Positions 29,533 through 40,188 of a stretch of 64,000 nucleotides of DNA are shown here, piece after piece. The stretch comes from Sulfuricella sp. (GTDB lineage Bacteria; Pseudomonadota; Gammaproteobacteria; Burkholderiales; Sulfuricellaceae): assembly GCF_035531155.1 (NCBI RefSeq), contig NZ_DATKTK010000050.1, forward strand, positions 14,294 to 78,293, given 5' to 3'. The translations under genes were made by a program, and so were the position numbers. Within the stretch, counting starts at the first letter, position 1. The number at the start of each line of letters is the position of its first letter. Under the pieces are notes generated by a model. That model made no database searches and was not told the DNA's origin. It worked only from the letters and a program-made list of their open reading frames with translations.

Positions 29533-31890
29533 ATGAAATTTTCCGAAAACTGGCTGCGTGCCTACGTCAATCCCGATCTCGACAGTGACCGGCTCGCCCA
29601 TGCCCTGACCATGGCGGGGCTGGAGGTGGAGGCGCTGGAATCGGTCGCGCCTCCCTTCGACAAGGTGGTGGTGGGAGAAGTGCTGTCGCTGGAGAAGCAT
29701 CCCGATGCCGACCGGCTGAATGTCTGCCGGGTCAATATCGGTGCCGGCGAACCGTTGCAGATTGTGTGCGGTGCGGCCAATGTTCGTGCCGGAGCGAAGG
29801 TTCCGTGCGCCCTGGTCGGTGCGCAACTGCCGAAGATGGCGATCAAGCAGGCCAAGGTGCGTGGCGTCGAATCCTTCGGCATGCTGTGTTCCGAGCAGGA
29901 GCTGGGACTGGCCGATGAAAGCAGCGGCCTGTTGCTGCTGCCGTCCGATGCGACGGTCGGGCAATCGATCCGCGACTATCTCGGCCTCGACGACAAGCTG
30001 TACACCCTCAAGCTTACTCCCAACCGCAGCGACTGCCTGAGCGTAACCGGCGTGGCGCGCGAAGTGGCGGCGGTGACGGGCGCGGCGTTGAACCTGCCGA
30101 ATGCGGTGGTCGTGCCTGCCTCCATTCCTGACCGGATCGCTGTTGCGGTGGATAAACCCGCGGCTTGTCCGCGTTATTGCGGTCGGGTGCTGAAAGGCCT
30201 CAATGCGATGGCAACTACGCCGGAATGGATGGCACGCCGGCTGAAAAGAAGCGGACTGCGTCCGATCAGTGCGATCGTGGATGTGACCAATTACGTTCTG
30301 CTGGAACTGGGGCAACCGCTGCATGCGTTTGACCTGGCGAAAATTCAGGGCGGCATCAGCGTGCGTTTCGCCCGTTCCGGAGAGCGACTGGAACTGCTCA
30401 ACCAGCAGACGGCAGCACTGGATTCCGACATGCTGGTCATCAGCGACGCTGTCCAGGTTCTGGCACTGGCAGGCGTGATGGGCGGCCAGGCCAGCGCGGT
30501 GTCTGATGAGACCGTCGATATTTTCCTGGAAAGCGCCTTCTTCAGCCCGGAAACGATCGCCGGCAAGGCGCGCCGGCTGACCCTTTCCACCGATTCATCC
30601 TATCGTTTCGAACGCGGTGTGGATTTCGCCGCAACGCGTGCTGCACTGGAGCGGGGAACGCTGTTGCTGCTGGAAATCTGCGGCGGCGCGGCAGGCGAGA
30701 TCACCGAGGTGGCGGCTGAATTGCCGCAGCGTGCGCCGATCCGGCTACGGGTGGCGCGCGTCAATCAGGTGCTGGGCATAGGTTTGAGCGCAGTCCAAAT
30801 AGCGGCGCTGCTGTCCCGCCTGCAATTCGATTTTGCCGAAGACGGCGGGGTATTCCAGGTCACACCGCCGAGCTATCGCTTCGATCTGGCCATCGAGGCC
30901 GACCTGATCGAAGAAATGGCGCGGCTCTACGGCTACGACAACATCCCCGCACTGCCACCCCGAGGCAGTCTGAACATGCTGGCCCAGTCCGAGGCGGCGC
31001 GGGGGCGGGATGCGCTGCGGGCGCTGCTGACTGCGCGCGATTACCAGGAAGTGATCAATTACAGTTTTGTCGACGCGGCGTGGGAGCGCGATATTGCCGG
31101 CAACGACAGTCCGCTGCCGCTAAAAAACCCGATTGCCAGCCAGATGGGCGTAATGCGCTCGACCCTGTTCGGTGGGTTGATCGATAACCTGTGCTTCAAT
31201 CTCAACCGCAAGCAGGAACGCGTGCGCCTGTTTGAAACCGGGTGCTGCTTCTACCGGTCGGCAGATGGCTTTAACCAGCCTGAAAGAATCGCCGGCCTGT
31301 GTTACGGCAACGCCAAGCCCGAGCAGTGGGGCGAGGCGGTGCGCGCAGTGGATTTTTATGACGCCAAGGCGGATGTGGAAGCCCTCTTCTGGCCTGCGGT
31401 TCCCCGCTTCGAAGCCGCCTCGCATCCAGCGTTGCACCCCGGTCAGTCAGCAAAGGTGTGGCTGGAAGGTGAGTTTCTCGGCTGGATAGGCACGCTACAT
31501 CCGAAGTGGCAGCAGAAATACGAGCTGCCGGCTGCGCCGGTATTGTTCGAGCTGGATATGGCCGTGATGCTGCGCGGTCGGGTTCCGGCGTTTGCCGAGA
31601 TCTCGAAGTTTCAGGTGGTGCGCCGCGATATCGCGGTGGTCGTGGACGAGGGAGTCAGCGTGCAGACCTTGCTTGATGGCATGAGTGAGCACTTGCCGGA
31701 TGTCGTCGCCGAGCTCGCGTTGTTTGATGTTTATCGAGGCAAAGGCATTGATTTGGGTAAAAAAAGTCTTGCATTCCGGGTGTTGATGCAAGATACTCGA
31801 CAGACTCTGACCGATGAAGAAGTAGACGCGGTGACCGCGCAACTTGCTGAAGTTTTGACTTCCCGCTTCGGCGCGAAGTTACGTAATTGA
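29533..31890 (+). CDS. pheT: Phenylalanine-tRNA ligase beta subunit
   Basis: HPDADRL, RGVESFGMLCS, TPNRSDCLS, SYRFERGVD. Confidence 0.98.
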   Translation: MKFSENWLRAYVNPDLDSDRLAHALTMAGLEVEALESVAPPFDKVVVGEVLSLEKHPDADRLNVCRVNIGAGEPLQIVCGAANVRAGAKVPCALVGAQLPKMAIKQAKVRGVESFGMLCSEQELGLADESSGLLLLPSDATVGQSIRDYLGLDDKLYTLKLTPNRSDCLSVTGVAREVAAVTGAALNLPNAVVVPASIPDRIAVAVDKPAACPRYCGRVLKGLNAMATTPEWMARRLKRSGLRPISAIVDVTNYVLLELGQPLHAFDLAKIQGGISVRFARSGERLELLNQQTAALDSDMLVISDAVQVLALAGVMGGQASAVSDETVDIFLESAFFSPETIAGKARRLTLSTDSSYRFERGVDFAATRAALERGTLLLLEICGGAAGEITEVAAELPQRAPIRLRVARVNQVLGIGLSAVQIAALLSRLQFDFAEDGGVFQVTPPSYRFDLAIEADLIEEMARLYGYDNIPALPPRGSLNMLAQSEAARGRDALRALLTARDYQEVINYSFVDAAWERDIAGNDSPLPLKNPIASQMGVMRSTLFGGLIDNLCFNLNRKQERVRLFETGCCFYRSADGFNQPERIAGLCYGNAKPEQWGEAVRAVDFYDAKADVEALFWPAVPRFEAASHPALHPGQSAKVWLEGEFLGWIGTLHPKWQQKYELPAAPVLFELDMAVMLRGRVPAFAEISKFQVVRRDIAVVVDEGVSVQTLLDGMSEHLPDVVAELALFDVYRGKGIDLGKKSLAFRVLMQDTRQTLTDEEVDAVTAQLAEVLTSRFGAKLRN

Positions 31891-31899
31891 GGAACGGAC

Positions 31900-32226
31900 A
31901 TGACATTAACAAAAGCAGAACTTGCAGACATGCTGTTCGAAAAAGTGGGATTGAACAAACGGGAAGCCAAGGACATGGTGGAATCCTTCTTTGAAGAGAT
32001 TCGCGTATCCCTGGAAAAAGGGGAAGGCGTCAAGTTGTCCGGGTTCGGCAACTTCGAATTGCGTGACAAGCCCGAACGTCCTGGCCGCAATCCCAAAACC
32101 GGTGAAGAAATTCCGATCACCGCGCGGCGCGTGGTGACCTTTCATGCCAGCCAGAAGTTGAAGGCGATGGTGGAAGAATCCTATCAATTAGAGGCCGCAA
32201 ATGGCGGAACTCGCAAGCAAGCCTGA
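31900..32226 (+). CDS. ihfA: Integration host factor alpha
   Basis: [18 protein letters not shown]; follows pheT. Confidence 0.97.
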   Translation: MTLTKAELADMLFEKVGLNKREAKDMVESFFEEIRVSLEKGEGVKLSGFGNFELRDKPERPGRNPKTGEEIPITARRVVTFHASQKLKAMVEESYQLEAANGGTRKQA

Positions 32227-32584
32227 TTTACCGCCGATTCCGGCAAAGCGTTATTTCACGATTGGTGAAGTGAGCGAATTGTGCGGGGTCAAGCCCCACG
32301 TACTGCGCTACTGGGAGCAGGAGTTCACCCAGCTCAAGCCGGTGAAACGGCGCGGCAATCGCCGCTACTACCAGCACCACGAGGTGCTGCTGGTGCGTCG
32401 CATCCGCGACCTGCTGTACGAACAGGGTTTCACCATCAGCGGCGCGCGCCATCGCCTGGAAGACGCGGGTGATCAGCAAGCGCCGGCAGTGGTCGCAGAC
32501 GCCATATCTGAAGCAGGCCATACGATGGATCTGGCATTGCTAAGACGGGAAATCAAAAGCGTGCTGGAAATGCTTCGAATGTAG
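32201..32584 (+). CDS. MerR-family transcriptional regulator
   Basis: [10 protein letters not shown]...[13 protein letters not shown]; conserved position after ihfA. Confidence 0.92.
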   Translation: MAELASKPDLPPIPAKRYFTIGEVSELCGVKPHVLRYWEQEFTQLKPVKRRGNRRYYQHHEVLLVRRIRDLLYEQGFTISGARHRLEDAGDQQAPAVVADAISEAGHTMDLALLRREIKSVLEMLRM

Positions 32585-32619
32585 CCGAGCCCGGAGGTTT
32601 CGGCTATAATGCCGTTTCT

Positions 32620-32697
<78 letters not shown>

Positions 32698-32769
32698 CTA
32701 ATAATTGAAGCGGAAGCCCGAATGGGTATGCCGCTTCGAGATTTCACTGGCCAACCGTAAAAATCAACG

Positions 32770-33507
32770 ATGCGGATTCTGTTGAGTAACGATGACGGTT
32801 ATTTCGCTCCTGGCTTGGCCTGCCTTGCCGAAACACTTTCCTCCCTTGCCGATATCACTGTAGTCGCCCCAGAGCGCGACCGCAGCGGTGCCAGCAACTC
32901 GCTCACACTTGATCGCCCGCTAAGCTTACGCAGAGCCCATAGCGGTTTCTATTACGTGAACGGCACCCCCACCGACTGCGTCCATCTTGCCGTGACCGGC
33001 ATGCTGGATCATCTGCCTGACATGGTGATTTCGGGCATCAACCACGGTGCCAACATGGGCGACGACACGATTTATTCCGGTACGGTGGCGGCGGCAACTG
33101 AAGGCTACCTCCTGGGTATCCCCTCAATCGCTGTGTCCTTGGTGAGCAGGGGGGCTGGCAACTATGTCGCTGCAGCACGCGTGGTCGCCGAGATTGTCAA
33201 GCACCACCAGGATCAGCCCTTCACCAGTCCGGTGCTGTTGAACGTCAACGTGCCGGATGTTCCCTACGAGCAAATTCAGGGCCGGGAAGTCACGCGGCTG
33301 GGCAGGCGCCACAAGGCCGAGCCGGTGGTGAAATCGGAGAACCCGCGTGGCGAAACGGTATACTGGGTGGGCGCGGCCGGCGCTGCGCAGGATGCCGGGG
33401 CCGGCACGGATTTCGGTGCTGTGGCACGCGGCATGGTTTCTGTGACGCCGTTGCAGATCGACTTGACTCATTATGGGCAGATGGACGTGATCAAAGGGTG
33501 GTTATGA
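32770..33507 (+). CDS. surE: 5'/3'-nucleotidase SurE
   Basis: [23 protein letters not shown]. Confidence 0.97.
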   Translation: MRILLSNDDGYFAPGLACLAETLSSLADITVVAPERDRSGASNSLTLDRPLSLRRAHSGFYYVNGTPTDCVHLAVTGMLDHLPDMVISGINHGANMGDDTIYSGTVAAATEGYLLGIPSIAVSLVSRGAGNYVAAARVVAEIVKHHQDQPFTSPVLLNVNVPDVPYEQIQGREVTRLGRRHKAEPVVKSENPRGETVYWVGAAGAAQDAGAGTDFGAVARGMVSVTPLQIDLTHYGQMDVIKGWL

Positions 33508-34160
33508 GTGCGAAATTCAGTGGCATCGGCATGACTTCGCAGCGTACCCGTGTGCGCATGGTGGAGCGCTTGCGCAGCCAGGGCATCAAGGACGAGGTGG
33601 TGCTCGATGCGATGGCTTCCGTGCCGCGCCATATTTTCGTGGACGAGGCATTGGCCACCCGCGCCTACGAAGACTGCTCGCTGCCGATCGGTTTCGGGCA
33701 GACCATTTCCAACCCCCAAACCGTTGCGCGCATGACTGAGTTGCTGCGCGGCGGCAGATCGCTGGGCCGAGTACTGGAAATCGGCACGGGCTGCGGCTAT
33801 CAGACTGCCGTGCTGGCACGCCTGGCGAAGGAAGTGTATTCCGTTGAGCGGATCGCGCCGCTGCTGATGAAGGCGCGGGGGCATCTGCGCGAAATTCGCG
33901 CCGCCAACATCAAGGTCAAGCATGCAGACGGCTCCCTCGGGTTGGAGGAACTGGGGCCGTTCGACGGCATCATCATGACTGCGGCTGCCACCCACGTGCC
34001 GGAGGCGCTGCTGCCGCAATTGGCCGAGGGTGGGCGGATGGTGTTCCCGATTGGAACCGGCGAGCAGCGCCTTTGTCTGATCGAACATACCGCTGAAGAA
34101 TATCGTCAAACGACGCTGGAAGTGGTGAAATTCGTGCCGCTATTGCCGGGGTTGGCATGA
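33504..34160 (+). CDS. pcm: Protein-L-isoaspartate O-methyltransferase
   Basis: [18 protein letters not shown]; ATGA overlap with surE. Confidence 0.96.
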   Translation: MSAKFSGIGMTSQRTRVRMVERLRSQGIKDEVVLDAMASVPRHIFVDEALATRAYEDCSLPIGFGQTISNPQTVARMTELLRGGRSLGRVLEIGTGCGYQTAVLARLAKEVYSVERIAPLLMKARGHLREIRAANIKVKHADGSLGLEELGPFDGIIMTAAATHVPEALLPQLAEGGRMVFPIGTGEQRLCLIEHTAEEYRQTTLEVVKFVPLLPGLA

Positions 34161-35140
34161 ACCTAGGCGCTGTCCTGGCCGCTAGTGCATTTGCTTTGAT
34201 GGTAAGCGGTTGCGCATCGACAAAGTCGAGTGCGCCTGTGGTCGAGCGTGTTTCAATGGCCCAAAAGGCACCCGTTACAAGCAGGAAGGACGGGGACGGG
34301 CGTCCCCAGGCTTATACTGTGCAGAAGGGCGATACCTTATATGGTATCGCGCTGGAGCATGGCTTCGACTACAAGGAAGTGGCGGAGTGGAACGGCATCA
34401 CGTCGCCCTACACCATCCGCATCGGCCAGCAATTGAAGTTTAATGTCTCTCCACAGACGGTAGTGGTCACTCCGTTGAAAGCCGGGTCGGTGGTGGATGC
34501 CCGGCAAGCCGTCGAGGATCCGTTGCTGAAGACCCAGCCCAAAGCGGTTAAGCTGGCTTATTCCCCGCTAGGGGACTCCGATCCGCTACGGGCTAAAGCC
34601 CGTGCGGAATCGCATGCAGAACAGGCAGAAAAGGGTTCCACGGCCAGGGCGGAATCCCAGGACAAGCCAGCGTCGGCTGAATTGCCGGCAGAGAAAAAAG
34701 AGGGTATCCAGGCCGATGATGATGAGCGGGTCGAATGGAACTGGCCCGCTGCGGGCAAGGTGATCGCGCCGTTCAATGAGTCATCCGGTTCTGGCAAAGG
34801 CCTGGATATCGGCGGGAAGAGCGGTCAACCGGTTCTCGCTGCGGGACCGGGCAAAGTGGTTTATAGCGGTAGCGGACTGCGCGGCTATGGAAAATTGGTG
34901 ATCATCAAGCACAACAAGACTTATTTGAGCGCCTACGCGCACAATCACAAGATTCTGGTCAAGGAAGGGCAGAACGTGATCAGGGGCCAGAAAATTGCCG
35001 AAATGGGTGATTCCGATGCCGATCAGGTCAAGCTGCATTTCGAGATACGGCGGTTTGGCAAACCGGTCGATCCGATAAAATATCTGCCGCAAACGGCCTT
35101 CCACGGGCTTCAGCCCGTAGTAAAGTCGGAGTCCTTATAG
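34157..35140 (+). CDS. nlpD: LysM/M23 lipoprotein NlpD
   Basis: Lipobox VSGC, LysM ([10 protein letters not shown]), M23 domain (AYAHN, LHFEIR). Confidence 0.93.
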   Translation: MNLGAVLAASAFALMVSGCASTKSSAPVVERVSMAQKAPVTSRKDGDGRPQAYTVQKGDTLYGIALEHGFDYKEVAEWNGITSPYTIRIGQQLKFNVSPQTVVVTPLKAGSVVDARQAVEDPLLKTQPKAVKLAYSPLGDSDPLRAKARAESHAEQAEKGSTARAESQDKPASAELPAEKKEGIQADDDERVEWNWPAAGKVIAPFNESSGSGKGLDIGGKSGQPVLAAGPGKVVYSGSGLRGYGKLVIIKHNKTYLSAYAHNHKILVKEGQNVIRGQKIAEMGDSDADQVKLHFEIRRFGKPVDPIKYLPQTAFHGLQPVVKSESL

Positions 35141-35156
35141 GGAATGACAGACCCGC

Positions 35157-36098
35157 ATGAGCGATGATATCTTTGGCGAAGAAGAGGAATTCCCGGGTGT
35201 AGGGAAGGCTGCTCTTGAAGAGGAGAAGGCCGATGTGGCGCCGGAGCTGAAAGAGAATCCAAGCGAGCATCAATCCGATCCCATGCTGATCTACTTCAAT
35301 GAAATAGGTCAGAATGAGCTGCTGAGCGCTGCCGAGGAGTACACCCTGGCATGCCGGGTGAAGCTGGGAGATTTCGATGCGCGCCAGCGGATGATCGAGT
35401 GCAATCTCCGGTTGGTCGTGAATATCGCCAAGCACTACGTGAGTCGTGGCATGGCATTGCTGGACCTGATCGAGGAAGGCAACCTGGGGCTCATCCATGC
35501 CCTGGAAAAATTCGATCCGGAGCGGGGGTTCCGCTTTTCCACCTACGCCACCTGGTGGATACGGCAGAATATCGAACGCGCCATCATGAACCAGTCGCGC
35601 ACTATCCGCATTCCGGTGCATGTGATCCGGGAGATGAACATCTGCCTGCAGGCGTTTCGTCACCTTGAGGCCCACAAGAACCACGAACCCAGCGTGGAAG
35701 AGGTGGCGCACTTGCTGGGCAAGCCAGTGGCCGATGTGCGCTACGTGCTGAACCTGAATGAGCGCATAGCATCCCTGGATACGCCGCTGGATATCGACCC
35801 TAGCCTCTCCCTGTGTGATGCGCTTCCTGACGAGAACACCCTCTCGCCAGAACTGCAACTGCAGCACACCGAGCTTGAGGCGCTTGTGCGTCAGTGGCTG
35901 GAGGAACTGGGAGACAAACAGCGCTGCGTGATAGAGCGGCGCTTTGGCTTGAACGGGCACGCCATTCACACCCTGGAGGAAGTAGCTGACACCCTGGATA
36001 TCACCCGTGAGCGGGTGCGCCAGATTCAGGTGGAGGCCTTGAAACTTTTGCGCCGCAGCTTGAAGCGCAAGGGGATATCGCGAGACGATACCCTCTGA
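35157..36098 (+). CDS. rpoS: RNA polymerase sigma factor RpoS
   Basis: [28 protein letters not shown]; surE-pcm-nlpD synteny. Confidence 0.93.
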   Translation: MSDDIFGEEEEFPGVGKAALEEEKADVAPELKENPSEHQSDPMLIYFNEIGQNELLSAAEEYTLACRVKLGDFDARQRMIECNLRLVVNIAKHYVSRGMALLDLIEEGNLGLIHALEKFDPERGFRFSTYATWWIRQNIERAIMNQSRTIRIPVHVIREMNICLQAFRHLEAHKNHEPSVEEVAHLLGKPVADVRYVLNLNERIASLDTPLDIDPSLSLCDALPDENTLSPELQLQHTELEALVRQWLEELGDKQRCVIERRFGLNGHAIHTLEEVADTLDITRERVRQIQVEALKLLRRSLKRKGISRDDTL

Positions 36099-36163
36099 GA
36101 AATCAAGGATCCCGGGAAAATCAGTCGGTACGAATTTTGCGGATTACTGTAGAGATAGCAAGT

Positions 36164-37240
36164 CTAAACACGGAAGGCGTGCGTGCCCAGACTTGTCAAG
36201 TAGGTCATAACGCGCGCAGCCATGTCATGCAGTGGCACGACTTCATCGACGCCGCCAGTGAGGATGGCTTCCTTGGGCATGCCGAACACCACGCAACTGG
36301 CTTCATCCTGGGCGAAATTGAAGGCGCCTGCCTGCTTCATCTCCAGCATCCCCTTGGCGCCATCCTTGCCCATGCCGGTAAGAATCACGCCGATTGCATT
36401 CTTACCCACATGATTCGCAGCGGAACGGAACAGGACGTCCACCGAGGGACGGTGACGATTGACGGGCGGTCCATCGGATAGCTCGCAGATGTAATTGGCG
36501 CCGCTGCGCTTTACCATCAAGTGGGAATGTCCCGGCGCGATAAAGGCATGACCTGGCAGGATGCGGTCGCCATTTTCGGCTTCTTTCACCGAAATCTTGC
36601 ACAGCGTGTCGAGGCGCTGGGCGAACGACTTGGTGAAAGTTTCCGGCATGTGCTGAGTGATGGCGATGCCGGGGCAGTCCGACGGCAATTTGATGAGGAA
36701 GTCCTTGATCGCCTCGGTTCCACCCGTGGAGGCGCCAACGATAATCAATTTTTCTGTCGAGGCGATATGATTGGACAGGGATGGCAGTATGGCATCGGCC
36801 GTCAGACTCTTCTGGACTGTCATGGCCGGAGCCTTTCTCAGGCGCGCCTTGGCGGCGGCACGGATCTTGTCGGCGATTTCATCGCTGTATTCCTGCAAGC
36901 TGCGGCTGATATCGAGTTTGGGTTTGGAAACGAAATCGACCGCGCCCAGTTCCAGCGCGCGGCAGGTGATGTCGGAGCCTTTCTCGGTGAGGGTAGTAAT
37001 CATCACCACCGGCATGGGCCTGAGGCGCATCAGTTTTTCCAGGAAATCCAGGCTATCCATGCGCGGCATTTCGACATCGAGGGTGATCACGTCGGGGTTC
37101 AGCGTCTGGATCATTTTTCTGGCGACGAGGGGATCGGGCGCTGAACCGACCACCTTTAAATCTTTGTGGCTTTCGATAATCTCCTTGAGCGCACTGCAGA
37201 TGAGTGCAGAGTCAGCGACAATGAGAACTTTGATGGTCAT
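36164..37240 (-). CDS. cheB: Chemotaxis methylesterase CheB
   Basis: Receiver domain plus methylesterase motifs [24 protein letters not shown]. Confidence 0.93.
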   Translation of the reverse strand: MTIKVLIVADSALICSALKEIIESHKDLKVVGSAPDPLVARKMIQTLNPDVITLDVEMPRMDSLDFLEKLMRLRPMPVVMITTLTEKGSDITCRALELGAVDFVSKPKLDISRSLQEYSDEIADKIRAAAKARLRKAPAMTVQKSLTADAILPSLSNHIASTEKLIIVGASTGGTEAIKDFLIKLPSDCPGIAITQHMPETFTKSFAQRLDTLCKISVKEAENGDRILPGHAFIAPGHSHLMVKRSGANYICELSDGPPVNRHRPSVDVLFRSAANHVGKNAIGVILTGMGKDGAKGMLEMKQAGAFNFAQDEASCVVFGMPKEAILTGGVDEVVPLHDMAARVMTYLTSLGTHAFRV

Positions 37241-37302
37241 ATAAACTTCCATGTTTGAGGTGAGGGGCTAGGGGCGAGAGGCTGGCAGCCCCTCTCCTCC
37301 GC

Positions 37303-37397
37303 TCAAAATAGTTCCACGTCGCGCTTTCCATCTTGGCGTAATCCAGACGAGACTCATAATCCTTCTCGCGTTCAACGCTGGTGTTGTTGTGAACGCC
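37303..37397 (-). pseudogene. cheD: CheD C-terminal remnant
   Basis: Reads GVHNNTSVEREKDYESRLDYAKMES then, after a frameshift, DVELF-stop, matching the betaproteobacterial CheD tail; lies between cheR and cheB. Confidence 0.7.
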
Positions 37398-37411
37398 TTT
37401 CTGTCCCCCGG

Positions 37412-38281
37412 TTATCTATGGGCAGCGAGAGCGAGGTGCTTGGCCTGGGGCGATAGTTCATAGACGGTCTTGCCCAGCGATTTGAACAAATCGGCGGCAT
37501 GATAAAAGCTTTCCGAGTGGCCGGCAAACAGCAAGCCGTCCTTGTGCAGCAGCGGGACGAACTTCTTCAGTACATCGTATTGAGTTTTTTTGTCGAAATA
37601 GATCATGACATTGCGGCAGAAAATCGCATCGAACGGCCCGCGCATCGGCCAGGATTCATCGAGCAGGTTGATTTGCCTGAAGGTGATCATGTCGCGCAAT
37701 TCTTGGCGCACCAGGGCCTGTCCTTCATGCTGTCCGGTGCCTTTGAGAAAAAACTTTTTCACCATTTCCTCCGGCATCTTTTCCAGCCGCTCCAGCGGAT
37801 AGACGCCTTCCTGGGCCTGTTGCAATACCATGGTGTCCAGATCCGTCGCCAGGATGTGCACCGGCGGGGTGAATGTGCCGAACAGATCCACCATGGTCAT
37901 GGCCATGGAATAGGGCTCTTCACCGGTAGAGGCGGCAGAGCACCAGAGCGAGATCGGCTGCTTCATGCCGCGCTTTTTTACATGCTCGGCCAGGAGCGGG
38001 AAATGATGCTGCTCGCGGAAAAAGGAGGTGAGGTTGGTAGTGAGGCAGTTGGTGAAAGCCTCCATTTCCACATCGTCGCCACGCTCAAGGCGGGCCAGGT
38101 ATTCGTTAAAGCTAGGTATTCGTGTCGTACGCAAACGTCGCGCCAGGCGGCTGTAGACCATGTCCTGCTTGGCGGGCGACAGGGAAATGCCAGCCCGATC
38201 ATAGATCAGCTTGCGGATACGTTCGAAATCTTGCGCAGTGAAATGAAATTCGCGTGCATCGTTAATTGGGGATTCTGCCAT
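37412..38281 (-). CDS. cheR: Chemotaxis methyltransferase CheR
   Basis: TTNLTSFFRE, WCSAASTGEEPYS, FCRNVMIYF. Confidence 0.95.
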   Translation of the reverse strand: MAESPINDAREFHFTAQDFERIRKLIYDRAGISLSPAKQDMVYSRLARRLRTTRIPSFNEYLARLERGDDVEMEAFTNCLTTNLTSFFREQHHFPLLAEHVKKRGMKQPISLWCSAASTGEEPYSMAMTMVDLFGTFTPPVHILATDLDTMVLQQAQEGVYPLERLEKMPEEMVKKFFLKGTGQHEGQALVRQELRDMITFRQINLLDESWPMRGPFDAIFCRNVMIYFDKKTQYDVLKKFVPLLHKDGLLFAGHSESFYHAADLFKSLGKTVYELSPQAKHLALAAHR

Positions 38282-38350
38282 AACTAATTTTTTGAGTGCT
38301 GAGTCGCAAGTTTAGAGGCTGGTAGTCAGTGAACATGAAATGCTGTCATT

Positions 38351-38392
38351 GTAGGTCGGGTTTTAACCCGACATGTCGGGCTGAAGCCCGAT
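38351..38392. repeat. GTAG-type REP doublet, truncated at its right end
   Basis: GTAGGTCGGG-TTTTAA-CCCGAC followed by GTCGGG-CTGAAG-CCCGAT; the expected closing CTAC is interrupted after CT. Confidence 0.75.
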
Positions 38393-38840
38393 CTTGTATC
38401 TTGTTTCCCGTGGTGGTTGGCTTCCACCCTACGAGGCGGGGAGAGCTTGAGTCAACCTGAAGGGTCGAACCTTGATTTGTAGATAGGGACCTCCGCCTCT
38501 CTTTCCGCCGGACACCACACTGGTCGGCAGCCAAGGACCTGGGAACCAGAGACCCTGTATGGACAAGGTACGCGGCAGTGAAAGACACCCTGAGCTGCAA
38601 GGAGGACTCCCATGGTTTATCTGGGTATCGACGTTTCCAAGGCCAACCTGGATTGTACCCTGCTTGACCCGGTAGCGGACAAGCATAAGACCGAAGTGGT
38701 CAGCAACGACAAAGCCGGGTTGGAAGCCCTGTCGGCGTGGCTTACCAAGCAAGGCGTTTCCCTGACCGAAGCGCATGGCGTGATGGAAGCCACTGGGGTT
38801 TACCACGAGCAGGCGGCCGGCGGTTACGCGGTTTCCCTAC
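38393..38840 (+). mobile_element. IS110-family element remnant (left end plus 5' part of recombinase)
   Basis: Structured non-coding leader and the RuvC-like N-terminus GIDVSK...MEATGVYHE; remainder of element absent. Confidence 0.85.
38412..38580 (+). ncRNA. Putative IS110 bridge RNA
   Basis: 5' hairpin GGTGG/CCACC; loop closed by GAGGCGG/CCGCCTC containing CCT..GGGT..AACC..GTAGAT; loop closed by CACTG/CAGTG containing GTAT..ACAAGG. Layout parallels the IS621 bridge RNA as I recall it. Confidence 0.65.
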
Positions 38841-38884
38841 TGCCAAAAATATATTTTGTGATTGTGACCTTATCGGTTTCATGA
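38612..38884 (+). pseudogene. Truncated IS110 DEDD recombinase
   Basis: AAGGAGG SD; about 70 aa of RuvC-like domain, then unrelated AT-rich sequence. Confidence 0.85.
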
Positions 38885-38920
38885 TTACATAGCGTGAGCC
38901 AATCGATCAAGGGAAACCGT

Positions 38921-38972
38921 ACTGAGTGCTGCGTGTCGGGTAAAGCCGGCTCAGAACTTCGTACTCAGGACT
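38921..38972. repeat. Heptamer-type imperfect inverted repeat (CTGAGTGCT / ACTCAG)
   Basis: Same motif as 2634-2691 and 38293-38304. Confidence 0.5.
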
Positions 38973-38977
38973 GAACA

Positions 38978-39646
38978 ATGCTGAACTGGAATCTAATCGA
39001 TACCGTTTTCCTCGACATGGATGGCACCTTGCTCGACCTGCATTTCGACAACCATTTCTGGCTCGAGCATGTGCCGCTGCGCTACGCCGAGAAGCATGGC
39101 CTGAGCTATGCGGAGGCGCAGGATGCATTGGCGCCGCGATACCACAAGGTGGTGGGTACCATGGAATGGTATTGCGTGGATTACTGGACGCGCGAACTGG
39201 GGCTGGACATCGCCCGACTCAAGGAGGAAGTGGAGCATCTCATCGCCGTGCATCCGCATGTCACCGATTTTCTTGCAGCGCTGCACGGCAGCCGCCGGCG
39301 TACTGTGCTGGTGACCAACGCCCACCATAAAAGCCTGGCATTGAAGATGCGCAAAACCCGTTTGGATGGCTATTTCGACGCGGTGATTTGTGCCCACGAC
39401 ATCGGCGTGCCCAAGGAACATCCCGAGTTCTGGGGCAAGCTCCAATCCGCCGAGCGCTTTGACCCCATCGCCACGCTGCTGGTGGACGACAGCCTGCCGG
39501 TGCTGCGCTCGGCGCGGGATTACGGCATTGCCCATCTGCTTGCGGTGCATCGGCCGGATACGCAACTGCCGGTCAAGGATGTGGCGGAATTCCGGGCGAT
39601 TCGCAGTTTCCGCGATATTCTGCCCTCAGTCCGTAGGCTGGGGTGA
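38978..39646 (+). CDS. yrfG: HAD-family GMP/IMP nucleotidase (YrfG-like)
   Basis: FLDMDGTLLDLHFDNHFW, WYCVDYW, LVTNAH. Confidence 0.88.
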   Translation: MLNWNLIDTVFLDMDGTLLDLHFDNHFWLEHVPLRYAEKHGLSYAEAQDALAPRYHKVVGTMEWYCVDYWTRELGLDIARLKEEVEHLIAVHPHVTDFLAALHGSRRRTVLVTNAHHKSLALKMRKTRLDGYFDAVICAHDIGVPKEHPEFWGKLQSAERFDPIATLLVDDSLPVLRSARDYGIAHLLAVHRPDTQLPVKDVAEFRAIRSFRDILPSVRRLG

Positions 39647-39706
39647 GGAAACCGAACCCCAGCGATTTGACCCCGGCTGGGGTGCGCTAAGCTTACCCCA
39701 GCCTAC
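39633..39706. repeat. GTAG-type REP doublet overlapping the yrfG stop
   Basis: GTAGGCTGGGG...CCCCAGC ... GCTGGGG...CCCCAGCCTAC. Confidence 0.8.
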
Positions 39707-39711
39707 AGGCT

Positions 39712-40083
39712 CTAGCCCAGCAGCAGCACCGCTGCCACTTTCCTGCCCTCGGACGCGAGGATGTTGTAGGTGCGGCAGGCCGCCGGGGTGTCCATCACCT
39801 CTACGCCGATATGCATCCGGATCAGCGCCTCCGTCAGGCGGGGGTGAGGAAAGCGCAGGGTGCTGCCGGTGCCGAGCAGTACGATCTCCGGCATTAATTC
39901 CAGAATGGCCTCGAAATGGGCGGCCTCCAGCGCTGCGAAGCTTTGCGGCGGCCATTTTTCGACGATCCGATCCGGCAGCACGATCAGGCTGGCTTGATAG
40001 TGTTGATGGTTGACCGCGACATAATCGGTGTCGTAGCCGGTGAAAAGGTTTAAGCCGGCAGCGTCGGCCAGGTGGAATTTCAA
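39712..40083 (-). CDS. Mth938-like (DUF498) protein
   Basis: LLGTG, EVMDTPAACRTYNILASEGR; GGAGG upstream of TTG 40083. Confidence 0.88.
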   Translation of the reverse strand: MKFHLADAAGLNLFTGYDTDYVAVNHQHYQASLIVLPDRIVEKWPPQSFAALEAAHFEAILELMPEIVLLGTGSTLRFPHPRLTEALIRMHIGVEVMDTPAACRTYNILASEGRKVAAVLLLG

Positions 40084-40188
40084 GGTGGGCCTCCATTTGC
40101 GGGACAAGGGACGGTCGGGTAAGATTATACCTTTTAAGCGCATTCTGTGGAGCGACTACGTCGCCGGCGCAAAAAGGGGCTCGAAGCC

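Noticed and set aside
38829-38919. 10-bp inverted repeat CGGTTTCCCT/AGGGAAACCG enclosing AAAATATATTTT as a MITE or IS end
   Set aside because: Single occurrence, no target duplication, and IS110 elements of this type lack terminal inverted repeats; may be a promoter feature but cannot be assigned.
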